NCBI GenBank assembly: GCA_964016885.1
Contig: OZ024740.1
Location: forward strand, 192,510,001-192,574,000
Origin: Eledone cirrhosa
Lineage: Eukaryota
DNA: 64,000 bases
Direction: 5' to 3'
The notes under the pieces are model-generated. The model was given only the letters and a program-made list of their open reading frames with translations, was not told the origin of the DNA and searched no databases. Of this stretch, positions 12,942-27,034 are shown one piece after another. The position numbers and the translations under genes were made by a program. Within the stretch, counting starts at the first letter, position 1. Every line of letters begins with the position of its first letter.

Positions 12942-14262
12942 AAATAATGATTATTATAATCGTGTTGGCTCTACCCAACATCTATAACTCATAGTTATGT
13001 TTTTTTAATATATTAGCCATCTCAAGTAAATTTAAATGGGACTTAGATATAAAATATAATGTGTTATTATAATTGGTTTCTCAATATGAACTAAATCCAT
13101 TCGGGAGCTGTTATTTATTTACGAAAGAAAATTCTTGTTTCACAAAGATGTTATCCGTCATTTCAGCATATGTAATGAAAAGATAATAAAACAAACGAAA
13201 TCAAAACATAATTTACTTGCTTCATGCAAACGATATCTGTTTTCTCATGAGAAAACCAAAACAAAACAAAAACACTTTTAACATATTTATAAAATACGAT
13301 AGCATAAGTAATTCCATAGTAGGAACTGTAAACCCCACGCTCAATGACAAACAATAAAAGACAAGGAAGCATGAATCATTGTAAAGTGTCATCATTTTAA
13401 AAGTATTTTTCATTATGTTACGCATATGTAGATATATCAGATAAATTAGGGTTTATTATGATTATATTTAATACTTCAGTAAATACGAAGGATTATGTGA
13501 TCGCTGATGTTGATATTTCTTTGACAATAATTCTTCTATAAATTTTCATAAAAATCACACTATATTTAATAGGAAGTTTTCTCAATTATTTCTATATTTC
13601 ATTCTCATTCTGTGCCATAATCTATTACACTAACCATTCCTTTCGTCCTCGATCTCCATCTTACTCTATCCTAGGTATTCGCTGATTCGCTCTCTATAAT
13701 TCTCATTAATTTTTGAAAGTAAGAGTGTGTAGATAAATGCAGGCTTATCTGCGTAACGCATGATTGATAATTCATACGCATCTATTTTCAAATATAATTA
13801 TGGAAGTTATATTCTCTGACGCAGTTCGGCAAGAACAGCACTATTGCAGCAGTATTATGCTATCCATTACTACTTTTTATACAAATCATTCAAATTCAAT
13901 ATGTCTTGCGTGTCGTAATGCATACTAGCATATTCGATAGGAATCCTAAATTCAACAGTCGTTATTAACAAATATCGTATATATATATATAGGGAAAAAA
14001 TGAAACGAAATTTCATATTCCACTCTTAGTACGGCTGTTACTTAAATATAAGTATGTATACGTACATACATATATGTATACAGGCGTACAGTAGTATGTA
14101 TATATATACATACATGCACACACACATATATATATATATGTATTTATGGATTCACAGAACATTTATTATAATGCTCGGTGTGTTTGTAAACAAACATCCC
14201 GTATTAAGACGTACAGTGTCTAGCAACCATCGTTGCTCATTTGTTCAACACTGACAAAGGAA

Positions 14263-14303
14263 CGATGTACTAGTTTCAAGCTTATTAGCTATCGTCAGCA
14301 ACG
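14263..14303 (-). ncRNA. Minimal type I hammerhead (family R)
   Basis: CGTTG-CTGACGA-TAGC.TAATAA.GCTT-GAAA-CTAG-TA-CATCG; palindromic helix III ACTAGT, GUA site. Confidence 0.8.
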
Positions 14304-14695
14304 TATACCTTCCTGCCAGATGATTGAACGTCTGAAAGTATATACTTTCCTTATAGATATTAACGGCTGAGCAGCCTAATTTGCATATCGTGTGAGTTTA
14401 TCGGCCAGGGTACCGAAAACGATAAACGGAAAAAATGAAACGAAATTTAATTTCTCATTCTTAGTACGGCTGTTACTTAAATATAAGTATGTACAGGTAC
14501 ATACATATATGTATACAGACGTACAGTAGTATGTATATATATATACATACATGCACACATATATATATATATGTACGTATGGATTCACAGAACATTTATT
14601 ATAATGTTCGGTGTGTTTGTAAACAAACATCCCGAATTAAGCCGTACAGAGTCTAGCAACCATCGTTGCTCATTTGTTCAACACTGCCAAAGGAA

Positions 14696-14736
14696 CGATG
14701 TACTAGTTTCAAGCTTATTAGCTATCGTCAGCAACG
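14696..14736 (-). ncRNA. Minimal type I hammerhead (family R)
   Basis: Identical to the 14263 motif, 433 bp away. Confidence 0.8.
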
Positions 14737-15111
14737 TATACCTTCCTGCCAGATGATTGAACGTCTGAAAGTATATACATTCCTTGTTTACAAACACACC
14801 GAACATTATAATAAATGTTCTGTGAATCCATACGTACATATATATATATATGTGTGCATGTTATGTATATATAAGTATACATACTACTGTACGTCTGTAT
14901 ACATATATGTATGTACCTGTACATACTTATATTTAAGGTAACAGCCGTACTAAGAATGAGAAATTAAATTTCGTTTCATTTTTTCCGTTTATCGTTTTCG
15001 GTACCCTGGCCGATAAACTCACACGATATGCATATTAGGCTGCTCAGCCGTTAATATCTATAAAGGAAAGTATATACTTTCAGACGTTCAATCATCTGGC
15101 AGGAAGGTATA

Positions 15112-15152
15112 CGTTGCTGACGATAGCTAATAATCTTGAAACTAGTACAGCG
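15112..15152 (+). ncRNA. Minimal type I hammerhead (family R)
   Basis: CGTTG-CTGACGA-TAGC.TAATAA.TCTT-GAAA-CTAG-TA-CAGCG. Confidence 0.75.
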
Positions 15153-15555
15153 TTTCCTTTGTCAGCGTTGAACAAATGAGGAACGATGATTGCTAGACAC
15201 TGTACGGCTTAATTCGGGATGTTTGCTTACAAACACACTGAGCATTATAATAAATGTTCGGTGAATCCATACGTACATATATAAGTGTGTGCATGTATGT
15301 ATATATATATATATATATATATATACATAGTATTGTACGTCTGTATACATATATGTACGTACGTATACATACTTATATTTAAGTAACTGCAGTACTAAGA
15401 GTGAGAAATGAAATTTCGTTTAATTTTTTACGTTTATTGTTTTCGGTTCCCCGGCAGATAAACTCACTCGATATGCAAATTAGGCTGCTCAGCCGTTAAT
15501 ATGCACAAGGAAAGTATATACTTTCAGACGTTCAATCATATGGCAGGAAGGTATA

Positions 15556-15596
15556 CGTTGTTGACGATAGCTAATAAGCTTGAAACTTGTACAGCG
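15556..15596 (+). ncRNA. Minimal type I hammerhead (family R), C3U variant
   Basis: CGTTG-TTGACGA-TAGC.TAATAA.GCTT-GAAA-CTTG-TA-CAGCG. Confidence 0.6.
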
Positions 15597-15841
15597 TTCC
15601 TTTGTCAGTGTTGAACAAATGAGCAACGATGGTTGCTAGACACTGTACGGTGTTTGTTTACAAAAACACGAATAAAACTGTACGGGATGTTTGTTTACAA
15701 AAACACGAATATTATAATAAAAGTTTTCCGTGAATCCATACCTACATATATATATATGTGTGCATGTATGTATATATATATACATACTACTGTACGTCTG
15801 TATACATATATGTATTACGTATACTCATATATATATATATA

Positions 15842-16916
<1,075 letters not shown>

Positions 16917-16933
16917 TATATATGTATATATAT

Positions 16934-17063
<130 letters not shown>

Positions 17064-17139
17064 AGATTTGAATGGATACAGTTTAGTTGAAAGGAATTTG
17101 TTGACACGTGTTTCTATAACAGTTACATATATATATATA

Positions 17140-18589
17140 TAAATAATATAGATTTACATATACATAAACTAGACAGAGCCATAGATATATATATGTGTTT
17201 TTGGCAACCATTCCCGGTGTGGCTCATTGACGATTTAATTATTTGAATAATCAACAATCAGAGTAATATACAAGAAAGTACGTCCATATAATCATTTGAT
17301 AAAATATATACAGTATTTCCTCTCCCAATCAGCATAAACAACCACACAAAAACCATTAAACAAGGCTATAAGATTAAAAAGCACCTATCAAGAAACAATA
17401 GATAAACGATAGCTATTTTATTCGCGATCAACTGCCAGAGAATGTGTACCAAATAGTTCTAATAGCCTGTGGAAATCGATTAGATATGTAGCCAACCATA
17501 CACAATTAGGTACGAAATCAAAGTTAGAAGAAAAAATATATATAAGCATACCAAAATTATGTCTCTACCCCATTAGATTTCATTCGCTTTTTGGAAATAT
17601 CCGATCAAGGATAAATTCACGAGTTTCGAAATCATCAGGAAACAACCACAATTGGACAAAGATTCTCTCTTAAATGATCGCCGCCAGAAACGAATTCAAA
17701 ATGGCTAAGAACTGTGACGTGGCTAGTAAGTACGTCCATAGAATGATTTGATAAAATATATACAGTACTGTATATATACATTACTGCATATATAGCTTTC
17801 GTTTATTTATCTATTGTTTCTTCATAGGTGCTTTTTAATCTTATAGCCTTGTTTAATTGATTTTTGTGTGGTTGATTATGCTTACTGTATATATTTTATC
17901 AAATGATTCTATGGATGTACTTTCCCTTATATTGCTCTGATTGTTGATTAATTAATTAATTAATTCGTCATTGAGCCACACCGTAAATGGTTGCCAAAAT
18001 CACATATATATATATATGGCTCTGTCTAGTTTAGGTATATGTAAATCTATATATTTTATAATCTCCCATATGGTTGAGAAACAATTCAGGCAGTATTCGG
18101 CTGCGCTTTCTAGCAACGAGCCCACTCGCCTTACGGCGAGTGGGCTCCTTGCTATAATTTTGAATTCGTTTCTGGCGGGGATCATTTAAGAAAAATCTGT
18201 GTCCAATTGAGCTTGTTTCCTGTTGATTTTGAAACACGTGAATTTATCCTTGATCGGATATTTCCCAAAAGCGAATGAAATCCCTGGGGTAGAGAAATAA
18301 TTTTGGTATGCTTATATACATTTTTTCTTCTAACTTTGATTTTGTACATAATTGTGTATGGTTGTCTATATATCTAATCGATTTCCACGGTCTATTAGAA
18401 ATACTGGGTAAATATTCTGTGGCTGTTGATCGCGGCTAAAATAGCTATCGTTTATTTATCTATTGTTCCTTCATAGGTACTTTTTAATCTCATAGCCTTG
18501 TTTAATTGATTTTTGTGGTTGATTATGCTGATTGGGAGAGGAAATACTGTATAGATTTTATCAAATGATTCTAAGGACGTACTTTCTTG

Positions 18590-18590
<1 letters not shown>
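17140..18590 (-). mobile_element. Highly decayed GIY-YIG (PLE) fragment in a complex inverted duplication
   Basis: About 17270-17705 is the reverse complement of about 18155-18590, with further rearranged pieces; remnants NVYQI..ACG..YVA..TQLGT and FKIIARSPLAVRRVGSLLES. Confidence 0.5.
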
Positions 18591-18643
<53 letters not shown>

Positions 18644-18693
18644 TAATGAAATGACACGAGGCTGGATTTGTGTAAATCCTTGAAAGGTTTATT

Positions 18694-18751
18694 ATACTAT
18701 GATCATTTCAATCACCGGGTTCCGTATGGATCCGGTGATATCATCAGGTAT
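18694..18751 (-). ncRNA. Type I hammerhead ribozyme
   Basis: ATAC-CTGATGA-T.ATCACCGG...CCGGTGAT.T-GAAA-TGATCA-TA-GTAT; palindromic helix III. Confidence 0.8.
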
Positions 18752-21445
18752 TTGAAATATAATAAGTGAATGTAATAGATAAAATCCATGGGGCTGAAAA
18801 TCAAAGACCCGAGGGCGACCGCCATCCAGCATCTTCTACCTTTGCCGGTCGCCCTCGAGTGACTTGGCTAAAGCTTACAGTGTGCTACTACCGGTCAAAT
18901 AAAGAACAAAAGAAAGAAAGAAAAATAGAAGAGAGAAGAAGAGGGAAGGATGAAGAGAGAAGCCAGGGTTAATGTCAGCTATAAGAAGAAAGACAGAAAG
19001 AAAGAGGAGGAAAGGTCGGTATTACAGTCAGGCCAAGATTGTCGCGAAAAGAATGTTTATACTAAGGGACCCGTATCTTAACAACTACTACCGGTCAAAT
19101 ATAGGCAAACAAATAAATAATGCTCCTGAAATGTTGAGCACTTCCAAATGTAATAATGAACAGCGGCATGGGACTGAATATATCTCAGCACCATTCGGAT
19201 TTTGGCTACTCAGTGTTTTTGCCTACCGCCCACCTGGCCCAATGCTACTTCCCTCTCAGAATATTCGGTCTTCGACGAAATTCTACGGATTATACCATAA
19301 CATGTATTGTACTGCACTGTATTAACTAAATTCGCTACCCTATACTTCAGGGCATGTATAACTCACACTGAATTCTCAGACTCGAACACACACTGATTCC
19401 ATTTCCACATCTATATGCATTATCTGACTTGAACTATATTGTATTTCTCCTGTGTCTTGATCTCTCCATTTACTCCACCACCACTCTTGTTTGTTTATTT
19501 ATATCTTTATATCTTTATACCTTTGCTGTATTAATGATTTTTCCACGTATTCTACTTCTAAACATCCATGTATTTCTACTCCTCTTATTGGGACTTTTGC
19601 GTGCACACGACACTGGGATGTCTCCCCCTGGGAACATAAATACTGCAACCTTAACTATATTGTATTTCTCCTATGTCTTGATTTCCCCATCTTACTCCAC
19701 CACCACTCTTGTTGGTTTATTTATATATTTATATATTTATAGCTTTGCTTTATTAATGTGCTTTTCCACGTATTCCACTTCTATGTATCCATGTATTTCT
19801 ACTCCTCTTATTGGGACTTTTGCTCACTTGTACCCATTAGCACACGACACTAGAATGTCTCCCCCTGAGAACAAAATTAAGTATTACCCGACTATATCCC
19901 TTACTCTACATCCCACTAGGATAGCTTATAGAAGATCTACATAATACAATTAACGTTTCTTCATAAAATACTCTCTTTAACTAAACCCCGCAACCCAAAC
20001 CTTAAAAAAGTTTTTTTAAATGTTCAATTTTCTGTTTGTTTAATTCTCAATCTTCTTACTCTTTAATTTTATAATATTATTCTGAATTCTTTCAACTTCA
20101 TCCTATAAATTTAAACAATATTTTAACGTTCCAACTTTTTGTCGGACTGTTGGGTTGGTTTTCCTGGCGGCGGGACCGGCCCCCTGGCGCATAGGCCTAC
20201 CTTGAGTGCTTGGAAAAATAAATTTCCTCTTCTTTCAGTAAATGAAACTACTCGGAGTGGGTTGATCCGCCCCAGGGGCCCGGCGCGCAGCCGGTTTTTT
20301 AACCGCCATATAGTACCTTTAAATTACAGATCAAATCAGAACTATTAGATATATCAGGCCTCTCTCTACTTAAGCAAAACCCCCCTCCTGGGTAAAGGAA
20401 TAGTACTGGTTTTGTACAAGAATGGCTTAACGATGCGGGATGACTTCCTGCTGACGCAACTGAAGCCTGTTATACATTCCTAGAGTGCTCGGAAAAATCG
20501 ATTTCCATATCTTTCGCTAGGCGATATCACCCGGAATGATGGGCTGCCCTAGCTTGTAGTTGCTGCATGCTGTTTGACGGCTAAACAAAGACATAATCTT
20601 TACTCTATAATAAAATTTAAGTGTCTTCATAAAATACTCTTTCTTTGCTTAAAAGTCGCAACCTTAAACATGTTAAACTGTTTAACTTTAAGTTTTCTAA
20701 TTTCTTTAATATTAAATATTAATTTTTTTAACTTCATCCTATAAGTCTAAACAAAAACGTAATGTTCCAATCTTCTGCTCACACATTATAACACACTGAC
20801 CCCCACTATATTTATCTCTGCTAAGATACGGGTCCCTGTGAAAAAAATGTTTTCGCCCCATTCCTGGCCTGACTGTAGTCTGACATTAATATCGACCTCT
20901 CTTCCTCTTTCTTTATATATTTCTTCTTGTAACCATCAACCCTGACTTTTCTACTTCTTCCTTTTCTTCCTTCTCTTCTCCCTTCTTTCTGTCTCCCTCC
21001 CACTGACTTATCTTCCTTCCCCTTTTTGTTTGCATATATTTGACCGGTAGTAGTTGTTAAGATACGGGTCCCTTAGAATAAAAAAAATGTTCGCGACAAT
21101 CCTGGCCTGACTGTAATACCGACCTTTCCTCCTCTTTCTTTCTGTCTTTCTTCTTATAGCTGACATTAACCCTGGCTTCTCTTCTTCTTCCTTCCCCCTT
21201 CTTCTCTCTTCTTTCTTTCTTTCTTTCTTTCTTTCTCTTTTTCTTGTGGCATGATATTAACGCTAACTTATGTTCCTATCCCTTTCTGTTTTCCTTTATT
21301 CGACCGCTAGTAGCACACTGTAAACTTTAGCCACGTCACTCGAGGGCGACCGGCAAAGGTAGAAGATGCTGGATGGCGGTCGCCCTCGGGTCTTTGATTT
21401 TCAGCCCATGGATTTTATCTATTACATTTAATTATTATATTTCGA

Positions 21446-21503
21446 ATACCTGATGATATCACCGGATTCATACGGAACCCGGTCATTGAAATGATCATAG
21501 TAT
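21446..21503 (+). ncRNA. Type I hammerhead ribozyme
   Basis: ATAC-CTGATGA-TATCACCGG...CCGGTCATT-GAAA-TGATCA-TA-GTAT. Confidence 0.78.
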
Positions 21504-21714
21504 AATAAACCTTTCAAGGATTTACACAAATCCAGCCTCCTGTCATTTCATTATAATATTTAACTCCGTAATAGCATCACCAACTACAAAAAACATAGAC
21601 GGTTGAACTGCTTTGTTGAGTACTCTCTATATTATTACATTGCGACTGACCATACGGAATTAACCAGCTCTATCCAGTGGTGAACCTCAAACCTGAATAT
21701 ATATATATATATAT

Positions 21715-21903
21715 AGGAACGAGTATGACCCCGACGGCTGAGCTCAAGCCGTTTCGACGGCTAATTCTGGGCTAATTAGCCATCGAAAGGGCTTGAGCTC
21801 AGCCGTCGGGGTCGTACTCGTTCCTATTACCCACTCTACTACACTAAGTATTGAGTACTTTTGTGCGTTATGGTCCACCTGGTTCCTTACCACATTTCCT
21901 TCG

Positions 21904-21905
<2 letters not shown>
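21715..21905 (+). mobile_element. Short hairpin element (family H) containing half a hammerhead
   Basis: About 110 nt near-perfect hairpin plus an 80 nt tail, between (TA)n tracts. Confidence 0.8.
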
Positions 21906-21976
<71 letters not shown>

Positions 21977-21978
<2 letters not shown>

Positions 21979-22165
21979 AAAGAAGACGTGGCAAGATACT
22001 AGGTGGAACCTAACGCACCAGCATACTCCATGCTTATGGTTGTAGAGTGGGTAATATGGAGAGAGAGACAGGACCTCAACGGCTGGGCCCCGGTCGTTTC
22101 GACAGCTGGTTCGGAACTAGCTGTCGAAACGGCCGGAGCTCAGCCGTCGGTGTCCTGACTTTTTT
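21977..22165 (-). mobile_element. Diverged family H hairpin element
   Basis: Same tail (ATTACCCACTCTAC...TGCGTTA..TCCACCT) on minus; hairpin centred on GACAGCTGGTT-CGG-AACTAGCTGTC. Confidence 0.75.
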
Positions 22166-22186
22166 CACACACACACACACACATAC

Positions 22187-22311
<125 letters not shown>

Positions 22312-22708
22312 ATATGATAAAAATATGGGTAGATTAGAAATTCATAATCCCTTATATTAATTAAATTTCTGTGACGTTAATAAATACATAATGCTGCACT
22401 CAACAACATAACTTCCTCACACATTACCTTAGTTAATACATTTAAGTATTTTATGTTTGATGAAATACAGGCTACTGAGAAGCGGAAGGTCATGTATTCG
22501 ATGTTTTACCAAAATCTGTCTCCATATTCATTCATATATATACATATATTGCAACTAGCAGTGATCGGTGTTTCAATTACGAAAGTATTTATTTAAGAAG
22601 ATTGCAAGTTGATCACAAAATGTTGTCAGTTCCCAAAGGGCTCGTTTGGGTGTTGATATAATTGTAGAAAACAATAGACAGTTTTTAACTCAGTACAAAT
22701 AGAGTCGA

Positions 22709-22742
<34 letters not shown>

Positions 22743-22764
22743 CCCCCCTCTCTCTCTCCCTCTC

Positions 22765-22804
<40 letters not shown>

Positions 22805-24076
22805 CAGCTTTAATTGAGAATACTTCTCTCCTTCAACTGCACACGTATACACTAATAAAATATAATCTTCTGTCTGAAAACAAACTGGCGCAAATAACGT
22901 GGAAAATATATATCTGCAGATATTAAAACAATTATATATACATCGAAAATTAATATATTGCAATTTTATTATTTCCTTCTCTGAAACAGAATCCATATGA
23001 GGACTTTCACCTCTAACATATAATGAATGAATTAATTCTATCTGTATATGTTTGCCTTATCCTACGGAGATATTGTTATTATGTTATATAATTATATTAT
23101 ATTATATGACATACAGCCTATAACATATATTTCACCAAATTCAGTGGGACACCGGATAATATATTGTAAATTAGATCACATTTTAAGCCAACCAAATGCT
23201 AGCATTCAGTAAGGAACTATAATTTATATTAGATTGATGATTATAAACGTATAAGAAAATATTTATGACGAAATATTTATTACGATTTGTCTGTATTAGT
23301 TTATGAACTACCACAACTGCCACTGGCAATCGAATATGATTTCTTAGTATGTGTCAGATTTTTGCTATTTGATTTAAGAGCCTACTTATTCATGAATAGA
23401 CACATCCTCTCGTGATCCAGGGAAAGATGAGACAGATTGAAGAGGAAGGAAATGCACTTGACTGATCTAGTACTTTGTATAGACCCAATAAGGTCTAAAG
23501 ACAAATTGTTTAGGGGATGTCTGGCAAATTAGATGTTAATGTAACAGTAAACCTTCCCCCAATGTCATACAGGCACCATGTTAAGCATTGAGGGTTTGTA
23601 CCTGTGATAGGGACATGGTGGCGTATATGTGGCGCCAGAAACTCTACTATTTATAGAAAATGCCATTCAGTAATCACAACGAAAGGTGTGACAATAAAGG
23701 TGGGGGTGGGCTTCAACAGGTGAGGAATTCAATTGATTTCAATTGAATCCTTGATCTGTTGAACCCCACATCCAGCTTTAATACCATACAACCGTAAAGA
23801 ACATATGTATAGGAAAAATCTTTGACAGAAACCTCACATACATTCGAGCCGCTCACAGAATGCATGAAAAATCATTTTTTTTTAAATATTTAATATTTAA
23901 TATCTAATATTAAATAAGATTGTTATACAAATCGAATTTTTTTTCTTTTGTAGGATTAAAGACAAACTACGTTTTAAATATAATTCTGTACATTTCCACC
24001 TTCAATATTTAACCTTTGTTTTGTTTGTATAGAAATTTACAACCTTTTCAACTATATATATATATATATACATATA

Positions 24077-24584
24077 CTAGCAGATTTATCCGGCGTTGCC
24101 CGAGGTTTGAAATTATGCTAAGAATGTACAGCTAGGAAGTGAATTGAATGGAAAATCCCGTAAGTATTAAGTTTTTATGGGTTTGCTGACACAAGCATGT
24201 GACTTAGAAGAAAATTGATGCTGGCTTAAGAGCCTTGAAGTGCAGAGAATAAACACCTACAATTTTGTCGCGAGTGACAAAAAAAATGTGCAAACTACAA
24301 CTGAAAAGTTGTAGGTCCCAACAGTTTGATTGGAAAGTCCCATAAGGATTTTGTTTTGATTGATTTCTACATTAAAATTATGCACTTTAGAAAAATAATT
24401 TTGCTATCGATTTTTTATTGTTAAACGTGGATCGATTAGTGATGTGACCATCTTAGCGACAGGTGCAACGTTCACAGAAAATTTGGTCAAATTCGGTTGG
24501 GAATTGTAAAAGACTTAGCTGTCCAAAGTTGTCCACACACACACACGCACACACACACACACACACACACACCCACACACACAC

Positions 24585-24647
<63 letters not shown>

Positions 24648-24670
24648 ATCCTCGTTTTTATATATAGAGA
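24077..24670 (-). mobile_element. Non-autonomous Helitron
   Basis: Minus strand begins TC(TCTATATATATAAAAACGAGG), has an internal (TG)n and a subterminal GC-rich hairpin-like CGGGCAACGCCGG, ends CTAG; inserted at A|T. Confidence 0.75.
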
Positions 24671-24799
24671 TTTTGCAGCTCTAGCATCACTCCATCATAG
24701 TCACACAAAGAGCTTTTCAACCCAGATTTGTATACAATACAAAATGACTTGTCCTAACTGGCTTTATTTAGACCAATATTTAGAATTAGACATTTACAA

Positions 24800-25320
24800 A
24801 AATTAATTGATAGAACCACAGGAATGTCTATCAGAGCAACCGTCGAAGACATTAGAGTTTCAAAATGCACCACCAGTATATTTTCCATTATGACATCCGA
24901 TACATGTCGTATTTGATGCGGAGAGGCCAGTTTATGTCACATGTGACAAAAAAGGTGTGATATGTGCTTGGAGCCTACTAAATAAGAAGATAAAATGTTA
25001 TTTCCTGATGAGAAAAACTATGATCAGAGACAAAAGGTAACACAATGGATCGATAGAAGGCCATGCAGAGACACACAGGAGCTTCTAACGGTAATGCATC
25101 AGGAATTTCAAGTGACTATGATTGTTTGTTGTTATCAAGAACAACGAAGGAGTTGTCATGTTTTATTTTATTCTCTGGGCTTAAGAGTCAACGCTGCTAT
25201 CTACAGAGAGTCGTTGGAGAAAGTTATAAAGCCCTGGATATATTGGGTTACAAACGGAAGACCGTTCGTCTTCCAACAAGACACGGTGCTCTCTCGTTTT
25301 GCCAGAATGAAACAATAATG
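24800..25320 (+). mobile_element. Tc1/mariner-superfamily (maT-like) transposase remnant
   Basis: FPDEKNYDQRQKV...LRVNAAIYRESLEKVIKPWI...NGRPFVFQQD containing the first two catalytic Asp motifs; decayed. Confidence 0.75.
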
Positions 25321-25388
25321 GACCTATGACCACGTTCTTCTTGACACAACGTATTTGCACTGTGTCATGTGTGTATGTATGTTACGTG

Positions 25389-26272
25389 CGAGGTGTGTCA
25401 GAAAAGTTCCAGGACTGATGTCACAAAAGATTTATTTCAAATCCAAACTTCACACTAAGGGTTTTCTCCTTTAAAGTAAACCCCCTGGAGTATGTAACTG
25501 TAATCTTAGCTCTCTGCAGCGATCAAACCTTTTTCTTCATAATTTTATATACATCTCCTCTGTTTCAGGTCGACAAGCAATGAGCACAGAGCAACGAACA
25601 AACTTGAAAACTCCGTTAGAAGCACTAACATTGCTGCAAGTGTATGGAGATGAGACGATGTCACGCTCACGTGTTTTTGAGAGGTCTAAAGAAGGACGCT
25701 AGGACGTGGAATATGACCCCAGGAGGGGAAGGCCCTCAACAAACAGGACTGAGGTCAACGTTGAGCGCGTCAGGCAGATGGTGCGTAGCGATCGTCGGCT
25801 GACTGTTCGACTGATGGCAAATGAGCTAGGCATGAATCGGGACAGCGTCTGGAAGATTCTCACTGAATATTTGGACATGCGGAAAGTTTAAGCGAAGATG
25901 GTGTCAAAACTGCTGAACGATGACAAGAAGGGTAGACGCATGCAAGTGAGGCCAGGACATCCTCAAGCGTCTTAAAACCGAACCAGACTTGCTAGGGACA
26001 GACATCACCGGTGATGACTCATGGATCTTCGAGTACGACCCGGAGGGGACCCGTTTTAAAGACGTGGACGACATAAAAAAGGCTGTGAGGATGGAACTGC
26101 GGAGGATCCCGGAAGAATCCTTCCAGGAGTGCATGCAAGCGTGGCAGAAAAGAATGGCAGAGTGCATTAGATTCCAGGGGGATTACTTTGAAGGAGAAAA
26201 CACTTATGTGATCTTTGGGTTTGATATAAATCTTTTTTGACATCAGTCCTGGAACTTTTCTGACCCACCTCG
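25389..26272 (+). mobile_element. Internally deleted mariner element
   Basis: About 50 bp TIRs (CGAGGTG(T/G)GTCAGAAAAGTTCCAGGACTGATGTCA), TA at the right end. HTH region PRRGRPST...DRRLTVR; ITGDDSWIFEYDPE fused directly to C-terminal GTRFKDVDDIKKAV...GDYFEG. Confidence 0.92.
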
Positions 26273-26424
26273 TATATACGTACATATGTATGTATGTTTG
26301 TCTATGTACGTATGTACATATGTAGGTAAGTAGTTACTTATATTTCTATATCTTTATATCTTTATATATGTATATATATGTTTGTATGTGTGTGTGTGTG
26401 CGTGTGTGTGTGAGTTTGTGTGTA

Positions 26425-26883
26425 CGAAATGGCTTCAAAACGTTCGTAGAAAAAATACATAGCTAAAAGTGCTATGCCGGTATTTTGATCTCAATGCACC
26501 TAGTACGTTTCCGTAATAACGTACTATAGCATGTTCTATCATGAGCCCTTAAATGCATGTTTGATCGCGGACCCACCAATCAGAATTCAGCACCAGCTCG
26601 AGCAATACGGCCTACTTCAAAGCATTAAATTCACAGTGAAGCTATTTAAGGGGATGTGTCAAAAGCAAGTCGTTTTTGAAGTGGAAGAGATGTGGTTTAA
26701 GATGTAAAAAGAGTGCTTTGACATGATTTAACTCTCATGGCACTCAGTTTTACAGAGATGGATTTTTACAGGCTGGTATCAACGTTTGCAGTAGTGTTTC
26801 GACCGGGATGGAACATATGTTGAAAAATAAACATCCTGACATTTCCCAACTCTCTTTTTCCCACGATCTTCTGAAGCCCCCTC

Positions 26884-26884
<1 letters not shown>
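26425..26884. mobile_element. Mariner-derived MITE-like element
   Basis: Imperfect TIRs CGAAATGGCTTCAAAACGTTCGTAGAAAAA / CGAGGGGGCTTCAGAAGATCGTGGGAAAAA, with TA on both sides. Confidence 0.65.
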
Positions 26885-26946
<62 letters not shown>

Positions 26947-26995
26947 TATATATATATATATATATATGTAAACATATATATATACATATATGTAT

Positions 26996-27034
<39 letters not shown>

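Larger units (their letters stand above)
13993..15830. mobile_element. Retrozyme-like array (family R): tandem 430-445 bp non-coding units in two divergent arms
   Basis: Units at about 13993-14425 and 14426-14784 have hammerheads on minus; units at about 14785-15830 are inverted with hammerheads on plus. Hammerhead spacing is 433 and 444 bp. No meaningful ORF. Confidence 0.8.
18638..21697 (+). mobile_element. Largely non-coding 3 kb PLE end with an inverted 5' pLTR
   Basis: 18640-19100 is the reverse complement of about 21040-21563; hammerhead in both arms; internal duplications (19428/19650, 19960/20625); weak C-terminal remnant NNAPEMLSTSKC at about 19115; (TA)n flanks. Confidence 0.7.

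Noticed and set aside
13993-15830. Repeat array as CRISPR-like or simple satellite
   Set aside because: Units are about 435 bp with no unique spacers, context is eukaryotic, and each unit carries a hammerhead
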